From assembly GCF_006345805.1 (NCBI RefSeq), contig NC_043020.1, positions 22,878,001 to 22,942,000 on the forward strand: DNA of 64,000 nucleotides, written 5' to 3'. The stretch is from Octopus sinensis (lineage: Eukaryota). This document shows, piece after piece, positions 62,927 through 64,000 of this stretch. Below the pieces are notes generated by a model. It did no database searches and was not told where the DNA came from. It was given only the letters and a program-made list of their open reading frames with translations. The translations under genes and the position numbers were made by a program. Position 1 is the stretch's first letter. The number at the start of each line of letters is the position of its first letter.

Positions 62927-63650
62927 GTGAGTGGAAAATTCTACATACCCTTCGCTTCCGGGGAGGTTAGGCCTCAACGTTGTGTAGCTCCGCATCAACC
63001 CTGATTTATGTAGTTCTCCATCAAGAAGATTACTTACTACCTGGGTGGATTGAGTCGGCTTCTTCCACCACTCTCGAGGAATCTCGAACCACAGCAGTGG
63101 AACAAGTTTTGTGGGAATAGGAATTTCACAAGCGGTCCCCAACAATCCCGCATGTGGAGACATCCTGTTTGCCGCAGATTGTCCGCAGACGCAGAGATGG
63201 AACGAAAGAGGAGCCGCTGGTTGCCGAATCAGACACTCCGAGGATTTTCACCAGAGCCCCGTCTGCCGGGTTGTGGCCCTAATATCACTCGGTGTCCGAC
63301 CAATCCGCCTTGGGTGGCCCTACCAGGAACCGAAGTTCCCGACGGCATAGTTCTGATGCTACCCATTGCCAGCGTCTCCACCACGGTGAGGAGGGGATGG
63401 ACTTTAGGCACGCATCAAGAAGATTGGGTGTGATTTGAGGGAGAATTGATGGCTATGGGAATTTGAGCCTGCAGTCACTGCTGCTGATGTTGTTGTTGTT
63501 GTTGTTGTTAAGCAACAAGACAGGTAAGGGCGATGAGGTGCGGGAGACCCAAGACCTTGGAAAAAAAAAAACTTTGGTCGTCTTCTAGTTGAGAGCTCTT
63601 TGTTGATGTCCGACACCACTGGTGGCCCTCGAAGTCGGTGAAAATGGAGA

Positions 63651-63754
63651 TCTCCAGGTCCAAACCCTTGGAAAGCTGCTGCAGCTCTCCAGGTCCAAAT
63701 TCTTGGACGGCTGCTGCAGATCTCCAGGTCCAAATTCTTGGACGGCTGCTGCAG
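63651..63754. repeat. Three copies of a 35-bp tandem repeat with internal hairpin
   Basis: TCTCCAGGTCCAAATTCTTGGACGGCTGCTGCAGN at 63651, 63686 and 63721. Confidence 0.9.
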
Positions 63755-64000
63755 CTGTTGTTGTTGCTCTGACTTACATAAGGATACGTGGAAGTGTGTG
63801 TGTGTGTGATCTCTGTGTTGTTTGGTCTGAGGTGTATGGTATCAAGTACATTGTGGTACTTGTGGTCTGTTGTACTCTGAACCTGGTACAGTATGATCTG
63901 TGTTTGTGTAATGCACCCTGTATGATGTTTAGTGTGTATACTATACATTGGTGGGTGTGTATATTGTGATTCGTGTGTATATTACGGTCTGTCTATTATA

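Noticed and set aside
1-64000. CRISPR arrays, intact tRNA/rRNA genes, or TnpB/Fanzor, RT or other intact transposase ORFs
   Set aside because: No repeat-spacer arrays were seen. All tRNA-like segments are SINE heads without full cloverleaves, and no ORF in the track has these signatures.

Overview
AT-rich eukaryotic genomic DNA dense in microsatellites and SINEs. The repeat content suggests a coleoid cephalopod, probably Octopus (inference, not verifiable here). The only confidently identifiable gene is DNAJC13/RME-8 on the + strand. I reconstructed 18 coding exons from ATG 38151 to 62926 (1898 nt = 632 codons + 2 nt), all with GT-AG boundaries and consistent phases; the gene continues beyond the window. 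The first ~36 kb has no gene I can name, only weak candidate exons on the minus strand. Nearly all ORFs in the supplied track are by-products of repeats. The repeat layer includes several tRNA-derived SINE families, RTE-related 3' and 5' fragments, a mariner transposase relic, MITEs with 8-bp, TTAA and TA target duplications, non-autonomous Helitrons, fold-backs and several minisatellites. The most interesting unexplained structure is a set of minimal type-I hammerhead ribozyme (HHR)-like motifs: 8 with full architecture and 2 truncated, in at least four repeat families resembling Penelope-like terminal repeats. One is a composite element in intron 11 with a tRNA-like Pol III head, an HHR tail with intact core, and an inverted partial terminal copy. 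A telomere-like higher-order array bracketed by 12-bp inverted repeats lies in intron 7.
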